Part shown: piece by piece, positions 35,930-48,580 of the stretch
Position numbering within the stretch: position 1 is the stretch's first letter
How the letters are laid out: each line of letters opens with the position of its first letter
DNA from: Ranitomeya imitator
Taxonomy: Eukaryota
Length of the DNA stretch: 64,000 nt
Assembly (NCBI RefSeq): GCF_032444005.1
Contig: NC_091290.1
Coordinates: forward strand, 150,846,001 to 150,910,000
Direction of reading: 5' to 3'
Notes under the pieces: model-generated
The model's database searches: none
What the model was told of the DNA's origin: nothing
What the model saw: only the letters and a program-made list of their open reading frames with translations
Translations under genes and position numbers: made by a program

Positions 35930-36943
35930 CAGCAGGCTGTGCACGATCTATGAGATGGGAACATAACAGCAGGCTGTGCCCCGATCTATGAGATGGGAAC
36001 ATAACAGCAGGCTGTGCCCCGATCTATGAGATGGGAACATAACAGCAGGCTGTGCTCGATCTATGAGATGGGAACATAACAGCAGGCTGTGCACGATCTA
36101 GGAGATGGGAACATAACAGCAGGCTGTGCACCGATCTATGAGATGGGAACATAACAGCAGGCTGTGCCCCGATCTATGAGATGGGAACATAACAGCAGGC
36201 TGTGCCCCGATCTATGAGATGGGAACATAACAGCAGGCTGTGCACGATCTATGAGATGGGAACATAACAGCAGGCTGTGCACGATCTATGAGATGGGAAC
36301 ATAACAGCAGGCTGTGCACCGATCTATGAGATGGGAATATAACAGCAGGCTGTGCCCCGATCTATGAGATAGGAACATAACAGCAGGCTGTGCCCCGATC
36401 TATGAGATGGGAACATAACAGCAGGCTGTGCCCCGATCTATGAGATGGGAACATAACAGCAGGCTGTGCCCCGATCTATGAGATGGGAACATAACAGCAG
36501 GCTGTGCACGATCTATGAGATGGGAACATAACAGCAGGCTGTGCCCCGATCTATGAGATGGGAACATAACAGCAGGCTGTGCACCGATCTATGAGATGGG
36601 AACATAACAGCAGGCTGTGCCCCGATCTATGAGATGGGAACATAACAGCAGGCTGTGCCCCGATCTATGAGATGGGAACATAACAGCAGGCTGTGCCCCG
36701 ATCTATGAGATGGGAACATAACAGCAGGCTGTGCACGATCTATGAGATGGGAACATAACAGCAGGCTGTGCCCCGATCTATGAGATGGGAACATAACAGC
36801 AGGCTGTGCACCATCTATGAGATGGGAACATAACAGCAGGCTGTGCACTATCTATGAGATGGGAACATAACAGCAGGCTGTACCCGATCTATGAGATGGG
36901 AACATAACAGCAGGCTGTGCACGATCTATGAGATGGGAACATA
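35930..36943 (+). repeat. 37/38-bp satellite, right part (about 27 copies)
   Basis: Same unit resumes after the TSD. Confidence 0.97.
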
Positions 36944-36944
36944 A

Positions 36945-37329
36945 GGCTATGTACACACGTAAGAAATGTGGTGCAGAATTTTCTGCACTAAATCTGCATC
37001 TCCTGGCAGAATCCGCAGGTGCGTTTTTGATGCGTTTTTTTGTGCGGAATTGATGCAGATTTTGTGTAGTTTTTACCACTGCGGATTTCTATTAATGGAG
37101 GGGTGCAGAAACGCTGCAGAAACGCACAAAAGAAGAGACATGCACTTCTTTTAAATCTGCAGCGTTTCTGCACAGATTTTTCTGCACTATGTGCACAGCT
37201 TTTTTTTTTTCACATTGATTTACATTGTACTGTAAATCACAGTGCAGATTTGCAGCGTTTCTGCAGCAGAAAAATCTGCTGCAGATCTGCACTAATTTTG
37301 TACTAAATCTGCATTGTCTGCACATACCC
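36945..37329. mobile_element. PIF/Harbinger-like MITE
   Basis: TAA on both sides; TIRs GGCTATGTACAC / CTGCACATACCC; internal GCAGA/TCTGC subrepeats. Confidence 0.75.
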
Positions 37330-37844
37330 TAAGGCTTTTAGTCTCTGTGTCCTCAGTCAAGAGACCGGTGAGGGCGGCCGTTCACTGTGGGACATTTCTG
37401 ACACTTCCATGTACTAGAAAACATCATGTAATAATCTCCATGACACGTTCTCCAGAGCTCGGTGCACAAGTGTCCTAGATCCATCCCATTCTTGAATGGA
37501 GCAGAGGTGTGTGGGCTTATCCTCCACTACATTCATTGTCTATGGGACTGTCTGGAAATAATGGAGCTCTGCTTTCCCAGATTATCCCATTCCAGTCCTG
37601 TCTGCTGCTGCTGCTGCTGCTTTTACAGATATTTCTACACATAGCCCCAGATATCAGGGGCCAGGAATAATTATTTTTTTTTGGAATCCTAATCCTGATT
37701 ATTTGCTTAACAAGCAATCCAGTGAACATCATTTTTCTTCTCCATGTGATTGTTGGTACTGCAGAATACAGCCAGATCCTTTGCACATTACAGCTCTAAA
37801 AATCCAGCTATTTAAAACTATACTTCCCCCCTTCGAGTGTGTTA

Positions 37845-38256
37845 GGCTGCTTTCACACATCAGTTTTTTGCCATCAGTCGCAATCCGTTGAATTTTGAAA
37901 AAAACAGATCCGTCGCAGATTGTGAAAAACTGATGCGACAAATCCGTTTTTTTGCCGGATCCGACTAGCAGATCCGGCTAATTGGATCCTAAAAAATCTG
38001 AGCATGCTCAGTTTAAAAAAACAGAATCTGTTGCCGGATTCCGTTCTTTCGACAGACACAAAAAACGTTCCTTTGTGCATTGTCTCCAGCCGGCGGACCG
38101 ACAATTTTTGACAGATCCGGCGAACGACACAATCCGTCGCTAATACAAGTCTATGAGAAAGAAACGGATCCGGCGGCATCAGTCGCTGGATCTTTTTTTT
38201 TTCAAAATTCGACGGATCGCGGCTGATGGAAAAAACTGATGTGTGAAAAAGCAGCC
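37845..38256. mobile_element. PIF/Harbinger-like MITE
   Basis: TTA|GGCTGCTTTCACACATCAGTTTT...AAAACTGATGTGTGAAAAAGCAGCC|TAA. Confidence 0.78.
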
Positions 38257-38259
38257 TAA

Positions 38260-38654
38260 GGCTGTGTACACACAATGCGGATTTAGTGTGGATCGGCAGC
38301 GTTTTTTTCCACGCAGAAATGCTGCAGATCCGCAAAGTGATTTACAGTACAATGTAAGTGAATAGGAAAAAAAATGCTGTACTAATGGTGCGGAAAATTC
38401 TGCATGAAAAACACTGCGGATGAAAAGAAGTAGCATGTCACTTCTTTTGTGCGGATCTGCAGAATTTCTGCACCATTCCATTATAGAAATCTGCAGTGGT
38501 AAAAATGCATGAAATCTGCACAAAATCCGCAACAAAAACGCACAAAATCTACAAAAAAAAAACCGCATCAAATCTGCACCTGCGTTTTCTGCCAGGAGAT
38601 GCGGATTCTGTGCAGAAAATTCTACACCCCAATCCGCAAGGTGTGCACATAGCC
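38260..38654. mobile_element. PIF/Harbinger-like MITE abutting the previous one
   Basis: TAA|GGCTGTGTACACAC...GTGTGCACATAGCC|TTA. Confidence 0.75.
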
Positions 38655-38779
38655 TTAGAAAAGTTATTGACACCAGTTTGCTGTTAAAAAATAGTTACCT
38701 ACAGGCCAGCTATTTAAAACTGTGGTTTGTCCGTCACACGGATCACATAAAAGTGCGCTCAAAATTCTGCCATTTGTAG

Positions 38780-41700
38780 TGAACGTGGAAAATATTGTCC
38801 TCCATTTAAAATGGGCAAGGCGCGTGGCAAGGGATGGGGAACTGGACGTGACGGTGATGGTGAACGCAGAGGCCGAGGCCATGGGCAAGCTGAAATTATG
38901 CTACAACAAACACCCACATCTTTTTGCCCAACCTTCCTGTCCCAATTACTAGGGGACTGCAGCAGCACACCATTATTGACCCAGAGCAGTATCAAAAGGT
39001 TCTTGGTTGGATAGCGGGTAATGCTTCCAGTCACTTTGCCACCACCACCATGTCTTCTACACCGTCAAGTCAGTAGCCGTGTGTCTGGACTGCATATTCC
39101 TCACCCTGATTCTCCTTCCTCCCACCATGCCAAGTGCCTGGAGACAACTGATCCCACACTTGGACACTCCGAAGAGCTGTTCACTTTTCCATTTATAGAT
39201 TCGGGCCTCTTGCCCGGTCCACTTGAAGCGGGGCAAGATGAGATCGCATGTAGCGATGCCCAAATATTTGAGCAGCCACGGTCACACGAAGGCAGCGGTG
39301 GGAAAGTGTCAGAAGAGATGGACGATGATGAAACACAATTGCCAGAAAGTCAAGAGGAGGATCAGGGTGCGGAAGTGGACGACGAGGTGGTGGATGATAT
39401 AGTAACTGACCCAACTTGGCAGGACGACATGCAAAGCGAGGACAGCAGCACACAGGGGGAGGGAGGTGTAGCACCCCAACAGGCAAAAGGAAGCTGTGTG
39501 GTGACCACAGACAGAAGGCGGGCAACCGTTCCCTGTAACACCAACACAACGGAAGTTGCCAGCACAACTGTTAGGTCTTCCCGGGTTTGGTTGTTTTTTA
39601 AAGACTCTGCTGACAACCTTAAAATGGCCATTTGCACCACCTGCCATGCCAGCATCAGCAGGGGTAGCAAAATTACCAGCCTGACCACCACCAGCATGAT
39701 CAGGCACACGACAGCAAAGCACCCCACTTTGTGGGTCGATCCCCAGGGTCCAGGAACAGTGTCTGCGGGTTCAACACTGCTTCTTCTGCTGTTGTGCGTG
39801 CAAGCCAATCACCTGTTCATGGCGCATGCTAAGATGCCTCCTGCCCTGCACCTGTCGTTGCACACACTCAATTAGCACAATCAGCAAGCACGTCAACGTC
39901 CTTGTCCCAGTGCAGCGTTCAGTTGTCCAAACCCCAGTCCTTGGAACACAAGCGCAAATATGTAGCCAACGCCTCACAGGCCATACTACTAAATTCACAC
40001 ATTTTGCTACTGCTTGTGCTCAAAATGTAGCCTTTTAGGCTCACGGAGACAGAAGCTTTCCGCAACCTGATGGCGTCAGCCGTCCCTTGGTACTCAGTCC
40101 CCAGCCGTCCCTATTTCTCCCAGTGTGCCGTACCAGCATTACACCAGCACGTGTCCCACAACATTACCCGTGCCCTCAGCAATGCAGTTACTGGGAAAGT
40201 CCATCTACCCACGGACACGTGGATAAGTGCTTGTGGGCAGGGATGGTATATCTTACTGATGGCACACTGGGTTAACATAGAGGAAGCGGTGACCCAATGA
40301 GACCTTGAGATGGAACATGTCCTCCCAATGTTGAGACTTGAGGGCCATAGGTCAATCAGGGTTGCCCCCACAGTCTACAGCACCTGCACCTCATCCTCCT
40401 CTTCAGCCTCCATCTTTGAAATGACCACATCAGTCACAAGCTGGAAGCACTGCCTTAGCCAAGCAGCAACAGGCTGTGCTGAAGCTAATATGCTTACTTG
40501 ACAAATCACACAATGCTGAAGAGTTGTGGACAGCTCTAAAAGAGCATGCAGATCTATGGCTGACACAGCTGAACCTACAGCCAGGCATGGCCATGTGTGA
40601 TAATGGCAGTAACTTGGTGGTGGCTCTGAGGCGAGGTGAGCTCACACACATACCATGCCTGTAGTAAAGAAAAATGGGGCTGACAGCACTCACACAGAAG
40701 GGCGCTCGTTCCTTGGTCCAGGGAACCAACCTGGATATACGTGTAATCCAAAGAGAAGAGATGAACAGCGCTCCAAACGGGTGTTGTAGTATCAAAACGA
40801 AATCTTTATTGGTCCATGAAAGAGCAACGTTTCGACCAGTATCCTGGTCTTTGTCAAGCATCTTGACAAAGACCAGGATACTGGTCGAAACGTTGCTCTT
40901 TCATTGACCAATAAAGATTTCATTTTGATACTACAACACCCGTTTGGAGCGCTGTTCATCTCTTCTCTTTGGATTACACATACCATGCCTGGGTCATGTG
41001 CTTAACCTCGTGGTTCAGCGGTTTCTCAAAACCTACCCCGAGCTGCTGGATCTGATTGTGAAAGTATGCTGCCTGTGTGCCCATTTTAGAAAGTCATCTA
41101 CAGCTTCAGCCGCCCTTGCCGTGCTTCAGCAGTGTTTGCAGCTTCCTGCTCACTGACTGGTGTGTGATATCACGATGCGTTGGAACTCTACACTGCATAT
41201 GTTGGGAAGGATTTGTGAGCAGAAGAGGGCAGTTGTTGAATTCCAGCATCAACAAGGCCATCAGTATTCAGTTCAGACTTCACACATAAGACCTCAGGAA
41301 TGGACATGGATGTCAGACAAATGTACCATCCTCCAAAACTTTGAGGACTCCACCAAGATGGTGAGCGGTGACGACACCATAATTAGTGTCACCATCCCGC
41401 TTCTCTCTGGTAACAGTCAAAGAGGATGCATTGTAGGTGGAGCACGATGAGATGGAGCAAGGAAGCATACAGGGTGATTACACACAGCCCAGTCTCATTT
41501 TATCCCAACATGGATTGGGTGACAAAGAGGAAGAGAAGGAGGAGGAGGAAGAACAGGAGCTACTTTCATGCACTATAGATGGTACTACCTGCACAACTGT
41601 CATGCCGTCTGTTCAGCGTGGATGGCCTGAGGACAAGGAGGAGGAGGAGGAGGACAGCATGATCAGTCGTCCTCTTGGTGAGGACATGGAAGTTTTGCCT

Positions 41701-42200
41701 GTTAGCAGTCTTGCACGCATGGCTGAGTTTATGTTATGCTGCGTTTCCCATGACCCTCGCATTCTCAAAATTTTGGGGCACAGTCATTACTGGTTGGTGA
41801 CACTTCTAGACCCATGCTACAAGGAGAACTTTCTATCTCTCATTCCCAAGGTGGACATGTCTACTAAAATGGGACAGTTGTTGCGGAATTATTTAAAAAA
41901 TTCCATCTGAAAATGCTGGCGGCAGAGGTCACACTTGGACAACCAAGGAGTACAGGCGATAGAGACAACTCCAATCCAGCAGAGGCAGGGGAACACTGGC
42001 AAAGTTCTGGGAGAGTTTTCTCAGACCCTCCCATCGCACAGGCCCGAGGCGCGGGGTATTCTCACAAGGAGTGCAAAGTTTGGGAAGATGCTGAGGGTTT
42101 ATTCATTCCAGGCGCAGGACAGAAGACTAGGGGTAATTATTGTGACTGCCCGGAAATATGTAACAAATGTGTCAGCCATTACAGCTCCTGTCCTCTGTTA
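38780..42200 (+). pseudogene. Decayed hAT (BED-finger) transposase
   Basis: BED finger VWLFF...AICTTCHASISRG...TTSMIRHTTAKH; catalytic-region fragments VHLPTDTW, MCDNGSNLV, HIPCL/GHVLNLVVQRFL, MRWNSTLHML; several stops and frameshifts; boundaries approximate. Confidence 0.88.
40662..40975. mobile_element. Short insertion containing a 239-bp palindrome, probably a PLE pseudo-LTR remnant
   Basis: 16-bp TSD ACACATACCATGCCTG (40646-40661 and 40976-40991); arms 40741-40858 and 40862-40979. Confidence 0.75.
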
Positions 42201-42254
42201 TCAGCCACTCTCCCACATTCCTGGAAGTCTGCTCACTTCTCAAGTTTGTTGTCG

Positions 42255-42811
42255 TCAGGTTGAATTATATTTTCCCATCCTCAGAACAGCATGCGTTTCT
42301 GCCAGTTCTCCACAGGTGACGACTATTTTCTTGTGGGGTCCCCTGTGTGTGGAGTCATGGCTTCTCTTCCTCTGATCCTTGTGCTCTTTGTCCCACTGGG
42401 TTCTGGCCATTTCTACCTGCACTCGCTGCACCCCAATACTCAGCTTCTCCAGGATGGGCAGAGCCCTCTGGGCCGTGTAGTCCAGGAAGGCTCGGCGCTG
42501 GGTTCCCTGCCAGGTCAGGTGCACCGGAGAAGCCCCCCGCTCTCGTAATATGCCCTTCAGCTCACCCCACTCTCGTAATATGCCCTTCAGCTCACGGACT
42601 CTGGTAGTGGTAGGGTTTATTCCCCATATACAGAGCGCTAACCTGGCTCTGGTCTGGGTGATCTGTGGTGGGCCGCTCGTGTTGACCCCCTGGTCGGGCT
42701 CCTCATGGGCGGCTCCTCTTCACTCTTCAGCGTCACGTCTTTCCCAGCTCTCCGCTCCATTTCTTGCAGTCTCCTCAGGATCGGAATCTTACTCATTAGG
42801 TCTCGACTGAT
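42255..42811 (-). pseudogene. MTHFSD: MTHFSD terminal exon (RRM domain), disrupted
   Basis: cag|ISRDLMSKIPILRRLQEMERRAGKDVTL (human ISLEMMEKIPILRSL...AGKDVTL), then [15 protein letters not shown]...[10 protein letters not shown] (human RLTWQGPRRRAFLHY...VALARQQRDK); TAG at 42638-42640, frameshift, 30-bp duplication. Confidence 0.9.
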
Positions 42812-42995
42812 CTGAGTGTCTGGGGGGGGAAAAAACAGTCATCAACATTCTCAAAAAGAGCAGAATCCCACCCCAAATCCTGACGTTCTGCAGCTTCATG
42901 ACAAACTTTAGGGTACATACTACAGCAAGCAGCCATATTCCAGGCACCTGCTGGACCCCAATATACGGGAGCCCCTGTATAGACCCCATACTGAC

Positions 42996-43121
42996 CTTGG
43001 ACTACATAATCCCCTGTGGCTTTGGGCGAGTGCAGCCGGTTTTGATGACCCGTGTGGGGGTGAGGATATTATCCACGGTCAGGTTGTGATCATCCAGCAG
43101 ACTCTCCGGGAAATCCAGAAC
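42996..43121 (-). pseudogene. MTHFSD: MTHFSD exon (126 bp) with a premature stop
   Basis: cag|[41 protein letters not shown]|gtcagt (human [31 protein letters not shown]); TAG at 43002-43004 replaces W. Confidence 0.92.
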
Positions 43122-43192
43122 CTGCAGATGACAAGATGACAATGGCGCCTCTCACCTTACACCAAAACAAAACCATCCCAGACTCCACTTAC

Positions 43193-43300
43193 CTGACAGT
43201 CATGGACCACAGTGACCAACACGGTCCGCTCTGTCACCGTGCTCATGGCCACCATCATCGCAAACTCCATATCTGTAAATCTCTCTTCCGATTCTCCACC
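43193..43300 (-). pseudogene. MTHFSD: MTHFSD exon, degraded
   Basis: [33 protein letters not shown]|gtaag (human [20 protein letters not shown]...VVTIVHDCQ); acceptor AG lost and KGEG motif disrupted. Confidence 0.88.
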
Positions 43301-43349
43301 ATGAGGACAATGGAAGAAGTCACATTATTCCCATAATGCCTCAATGGTT

Positions 43350-44100
43350 GTTAACCCCATTTCTTGTGTGCGATGGTGGGATGTCTGGGTCTTCTCAGGA
43401 GCTGGAACTATTCTCTTGTGAGGTTTGATGAGACATTTAGGACTCCATCTCTTTTGTGGAGTGATGAACACCTGGCTCTCCTAGGGGCAGAACCTCATAT
43501 TTTCTTAGGGGTGATGCAACATCTAGGGCTCCTCGGAGGCTGGACCTATTCTCTTGTGAGTGGTGATGGGACATCTGAGTCTCCTCAGGGGCTAAACTCC
43601 ATCTCCTATGTGGCGTGATGGGCCATCTAGGACTTGTGAGGGGCTGGACATATTCTCTTGTGTGGAGTGATGGAACACCTGGGTCTCCAAGGGGCAGGGC
43701 TTCATATTTTGTTAAAGGTGATGCAACACCTAGGTCTGCTTGATGGCTGGACCTATTCTCTTGTGAGAGGCGATGGGCCATTTGGGTCTCCTCGGAGGCT
43801 GGATCTATTCTCTAGTAAGGGGTGATGGGACATTTTTGTTTCCTCAGGGGCTGAACTCCATCTATTGTGTGGAGTGACGGGCCATCTTGGATTCCTCGGG
43901 GGCATGACACATTCCCTTGTGAGAGGTGATAGGACATCTAGGTTTCTTTGGGGCTAAACTCCATCTCTTGGGTGAAGTGATGGGCCATCTGGGACTCCTC
44001 CGGGACAAAGATCATACAGTTGCAAAAAGGCAAATGTCCATCAAGTTCAACCACCAGTTGATGGGACATTTTGTTCTTCTTTGGGGTTGGACCAACTTTG
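43350..44100 (+). repeat. Degenerate tandem repeat of about 60 bp in an MTHFSD intron
   Basis: Recurrent GATGGGACATCT...GGCTGGACCTATTCTCTTGTG. Confidence 0.7.
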
Positions 44101-44195
44101 TTGGGTTAATGACGGTTCTTGAATCTCATTGAGGGCTGGACCCTTGTGTCTGTATAACCGAGTGCTCCATGGTCCCGACTTGTGTTTCCTGTTAC

Positions 44196-44277
44196 CTTTC
44201 TCTGATACAGCGACAGATCCCAGATCTACCCGAATCCCAGAATCCAGGCCCAACAGGATGCTGAAATCCTTCACCCC
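44196..44277 (-). pseudogene. MTHFSD: MTHFSD exon (82 bp) with an in-frame 9-bp deletion
   Basis: cag|[28 protein letters not shown]|gtaac (human [31 protein letters not shown]); VVV missing. Confidence 0.88.
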
Positions 44278-44481
44278 CTGCAGGAAAAGCGAAAATATGA
44301 GTGGACAATGTCCCGGAGATCAGCTGAATGAGGACCACATCCTCAGTCCATTGCCACATCAGCCTCACATTGTTTTGATTGCAATCTTCCATTTTCATCA
44401 CTGTATCATCAGTTAAGATTTAGTAAGAACCGGATCAGTGCCCACTGTGCCGGGTCCTGAGGCTTTGTGCTGTGTGCTTAA

Positions 44482-44720
44482 AGGGAACCGGTCACCTGAA
44501 TTGGGCGGGACCAGTTTTTGGTCATATGGGCGGAGTTTTCGGGTGTTTGATTCACCTTTTCCTTACCCGCTGGCTGCATGCTGGCCGCAATATTGGATTG
44601 AAGTTCATTCTATGTCCTCCGATGCAGCCAGCGGGTAAGGAAAGGGTGAATCAAACACGCAAAAAACTCCGCCCATATGACTAAAAACTGGTCCCGCCAA
44701 ATTCAGGTGACCGGTTCCCT
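44482..44720. mobile_element. Palindromic T2/Kolobok-type MITE
   Basis: TTAA|AGGGAACCGGTCACCTGAATT...AATTCAGGTGACCGGTTCCCT|TTAA; arms about 100 bp. Confidence 0.85.
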
Positions 44721-45479
44721 TTAATTGAGACTGGTTCTGAGCTGCAGTAATCAGTACAGCTACTACAGAACATGGGGCGCTAACGGGCACAAGGTGCTCT
44801 ATATTCGGGTGACAGTTTCTATGCACCAACGCTCCGCACAAGATGTAAAGTTTGCAGTGCACACTGTGATCCTAGTGTGTGAGCCCACCTGCCAATGACA
44901 AGACGGCCTCACAGCCGAGACCCCACACTACAGACTCGCCTCTCTCTGAGCCCAGGCCGCACATGACCTGGAGGAGCGTGGGATCCAGCACACCTCACTA
45001 AATGCAGACACGTGAAGATGGTAGATGGGTGCAGTGCGCAGGAGGATGCAGTGTACACTGCATGTACACAGAGGCCGATCTGGCGCAGTGCATGCGAGGC
45101 CTGGACTCAGGGATGCGAGGCTGAAGTATATATAGAGAGAGAGATCGCCTTGTTAGATTATCAAATGTGCGCAAAGACCCTGATGTTATATGCGTATTGA
45201 AGGGGAAGTCATGTGCACAAGGTGTACGGAGAGCGGGTGCGGGTGTTTGTGCCAGATTATTCACAGTTTTATTCCAAATCATCTAGTTTATTCTCATTAA
45301 TAATAATGTTATTTCTATAGCGATAACATATTCCACAGCGCTGTACAATAAGCTGCGACGTATACAGACAATAAGACTTCACAGAACAACACACAGATCA
45401 CCAATTACAGGAGGAGCGAGGGGCCAGCTGCCGGCTGCCAGGTGGTGGTACATGATCCAGCTCAATATATTCTGCTACA

Positions 45480-46010
45480 AGCCAGTCTCCCTCCCCCTCT
45501 GACAATAATAAATAGAGTCCCCAGCAAGTCACCTTTCAGTCTCCTTCCCCCTCTGGCAGCTACAATTAAAGACCCTAATAATTGTCCACTCACTCTCCTC
45601 CGCCCTCTGGCAGCTGTATATAAGATCCACAGTAAGTGTTCAGTCAGTCTCCTCCCCCCTCTGAAAGCAGTAAATAAATTCCTGATTAGGTTTACATTCA
45701 TTATGCCACTGTGACAGATGTAAGCAAAGATCGCCAGTAAGTTGCCCTCCTTCCCCCTCTGGCAGCAGTAAATATTGTCCCTAATATTTATCCATCCAAT
45801 TTTCTCCCTTCTACAGAGGCCATAAACATAAGCCCCAGTAAGCATTTTGTCAGTCTCCTTCTCCCTCTGGCAGCTGTAAATATGGTCCACAGTAAGTCTC
45901 CTTCACACTCTGGCAGCATTAAATAAATTCCTCAGTAGATTTACTTTAACTATCCCCCTGACAGATCTACGCATAGTCACCAGTAAGTTGCCCTCCTTCC
46001 CCCTCTGGCA
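45480..46010 (+). repeat. Degenerate repeat of CTCCTTCCCCCTCTGGCAGC-containing units
   Basis: Motif recurs at roughly 60-bp spacing. Confidence 0.6.
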
Positions 46011-46434
46011 GGTATCTATCCTCAATTCAGTGTTCTCTGCTGAGCTAATGACATCACGTGTTGAAAATTTACCGCACACTCGGAGTCAGTATGATGCAAA
46101 AATATTTCACAAGTTTATTGTGTATACAGTCTATGTTGCCACAAAGGAAAGAAAACGTGTTGATAGAAACCCAGAAACCCAACGTTTTGACCCTCCCGGG
46201 TCTTATTCATGGGGTTACTTGTTTAAGGTCTGCAAATAATGCATTTTTTTTGACCATTTCTCATTTTCAGAAAATAATTACAAAATTTATTGCTTGGAAC
46301 TTCAGAGACATACTGTCAGAAGTTTATAGAATAAAAAAACAAATTACATTTTACTCAAAAATATCTATAGAGAGAAAAATCAGACAAACTGAACATTTTG
46401 CAGTGGTCTTTTTTTTCAGAGCTTTTTTTTGTCA

Positions 46435-47360
46435 GAGCTGTATTGTTACTATGTATCACTGTCAGTATATTGTTACTACATGTCAGGAGGATACAGTATT
46501 GTTACTATGTGTCAGTATATTGTTACTATGTGTCAGGAGGATACAGTATTGTTACTATGTGTCAGGAGAATACAGTATTGTTACTATGTGTCAGGAGGAT
46601 ACAGTATTGTTACTATGTGTCAGGAGGATACAGTATTGTTACTATGTGTCAGTATATTGTTACTATGTGTCAGGAGGATACAGTATTGTTACTATGTGTC
46701 AGGAGGATACAGTATTGTTACTATGTGTCAGGAGGATACAGTATTGTTACTATGTGTCAGTATATTGTTACTATGTGTCAGGAGGATACAGTATTGTTAC
46801 TATGTGTCAGTATATTGTTACTATGTGTCAGGAGGATACAGTATTGTTACTATGTGCCAGTATACTGTTACTATGTGTCAGGAGGATACAGTATTGTTAC
46901 TATGTGCCAGTATACTGTTACTATGTGTCAGGAGGATACAGTATTGTTACTATGTGCCAGTATACTGTTACTATGTGTCAGGAGGATACAGGATTGTTAC
47001 TATGTGTCAGTATACTGTTACTATGTGTCAGGAGGATACAGGATTGTTACTATGTGTCAGTATATTGTTACTAGGTGTCAGAAGGATACAGTATTGTTAC
47101 TATGTGTCAGTATACTGTTACTATGTGTCAGGAGGATACAGTATTGTTACTATGTGTCAGTATATTGTTACTATGTGTCAGAAGGATACAGTATTGTTAC
47201 TATGTGTCAGTATACTGTTACTATGTGTCAGGAGGATACAGGATTGTTACTATGTGTCAGTATATTGTTACTAGGTGTCAGAAGGATACAGTATTGTTAC
47301 TATGTGTCAGTATACTGTTACTATGTGTCAGGAGGATACAGTATTGTTACCATGTGTCCC
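46435..47360 (+). repeat. Composite 29-bp/21-bp minisatellite
   Basis: GTATTGTTACTATGTGTCAGGAGGATACA alternating with GTATATTGTTACTATGTGTCA; decays into AT-rich sequence to about 47660. Confidence 0.93.
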
Positions 47361-48580
47361 TGCGTTCTAATATTGTACTATATGTACCTGTAGCAGCAGG
47401 TTATGATACAAGATACTGATGCAAAGTAATACCATCACTACTATGTAATCTTCTCTTCTAGTATTGTTACTATGTTACATATAAATATTGTTACTATATC
47501 TGTTATAATATTATTACTCTGTTATAATATTACTATATATCAGTGACATTGTTACTATGTATCAGCGTCCTATTATATCATTACTGTGTCCTTGTGGGAT
47601 AATATTACTATGTAACATAATATTGTTACTATGTTGCACATTGTGATACTATATACGGATGTATTATAGGATTGTTACAATCTCTCGACCACTTCATGTG
47701 TGTCTCTGAATAGTAAGGGGATAACGTTTTGTGTAAAAAAAAAATCTGGCAGGTGCCCCGCCCCCTATCAAATTGATATTAAAGTGTATTAACCCCTTAA
47801 TGCTATTGGACAGGATAGTACATCCGATGGCAGTATCCCCCACTTTGAGGTGGGTGGTGAGTCCGCATCAAAGCTGGGACTTGTCAGCTGTTCAAAACAG
47901 CTGACATGTGCCCGAAATAGACGCAGGTGGAATCGTGATCCACCCACGCCCATTAACTAGTTAAATGCCACTGTCAAACTGACCGTGGCATTTAACGAGC
48001 GCTTCCGGCCATCTGGCTGGAACTACACGCACCGCTGACACCCCCTGTCACGTGATCGGGGGTCATCGGCATAACAATCAGGGGTCTCCTTGTGACCTCT
48101 ATATTTGTTGATGCCGGATTGCTATGGGCGCCATCCTGTGGTCGGCGCTCCTAGCAATGCAGTAATTCTGGTTCATAGAGGCGATCTAAGCATCGCTCCT
48201 AAGTAACAGAGCCGATCGGGTTATGGCAGCTTGTAGCCTCCCATGGACACTATTGAAGCATGGCAGAAGTTTAAAAAAAAAAAAAAAAAAAAAGTTTAAA
48301 AATATTTAAAAAAAATAAATTAAAAGTTCAAATCAACCCCTTTTTCCCCATTCAAAATAAAATAATGTAACATTTGGTATCGCTGCGTTCAGAATCGCCT
48401 GATTTAAAAAAAAACAAAAAAAAAAAAAACAAACCTGATCGCTAAATGGCATAGCGAGAGAGTAAAAAAAAAAAAAAAAAAAAGCGAAATGCCAGAATTG
48501 TTTTTTTTTGGTCGCTGCGACATTGCAATGCAATAACGGGCGATCAAAAGAACGTATCTGCACCAATATGGTATCATTAA

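Noticed and set aside
30765-36943. CRISPR-like 37-bp repeats
   Set aside because: Head-to-tail units with no unique spacers, no cas genes, and a eukaryotic context.
44998-45282. Possible upstream MTHFSD exon
   Set aside because: No LLVPTPRL or VKVDPD motif in any frame that I could read.
46178-46214. Hammerhead-like motif on the minus strand
   Set aside because: Core mutated (ATGAATAA, AAAA instead of GAAA); at most a dead PLE remnant.
46058-47419. ORFs of 281-338 aa
   Set aside because: Translation of the 29/21-bp minisatellite.
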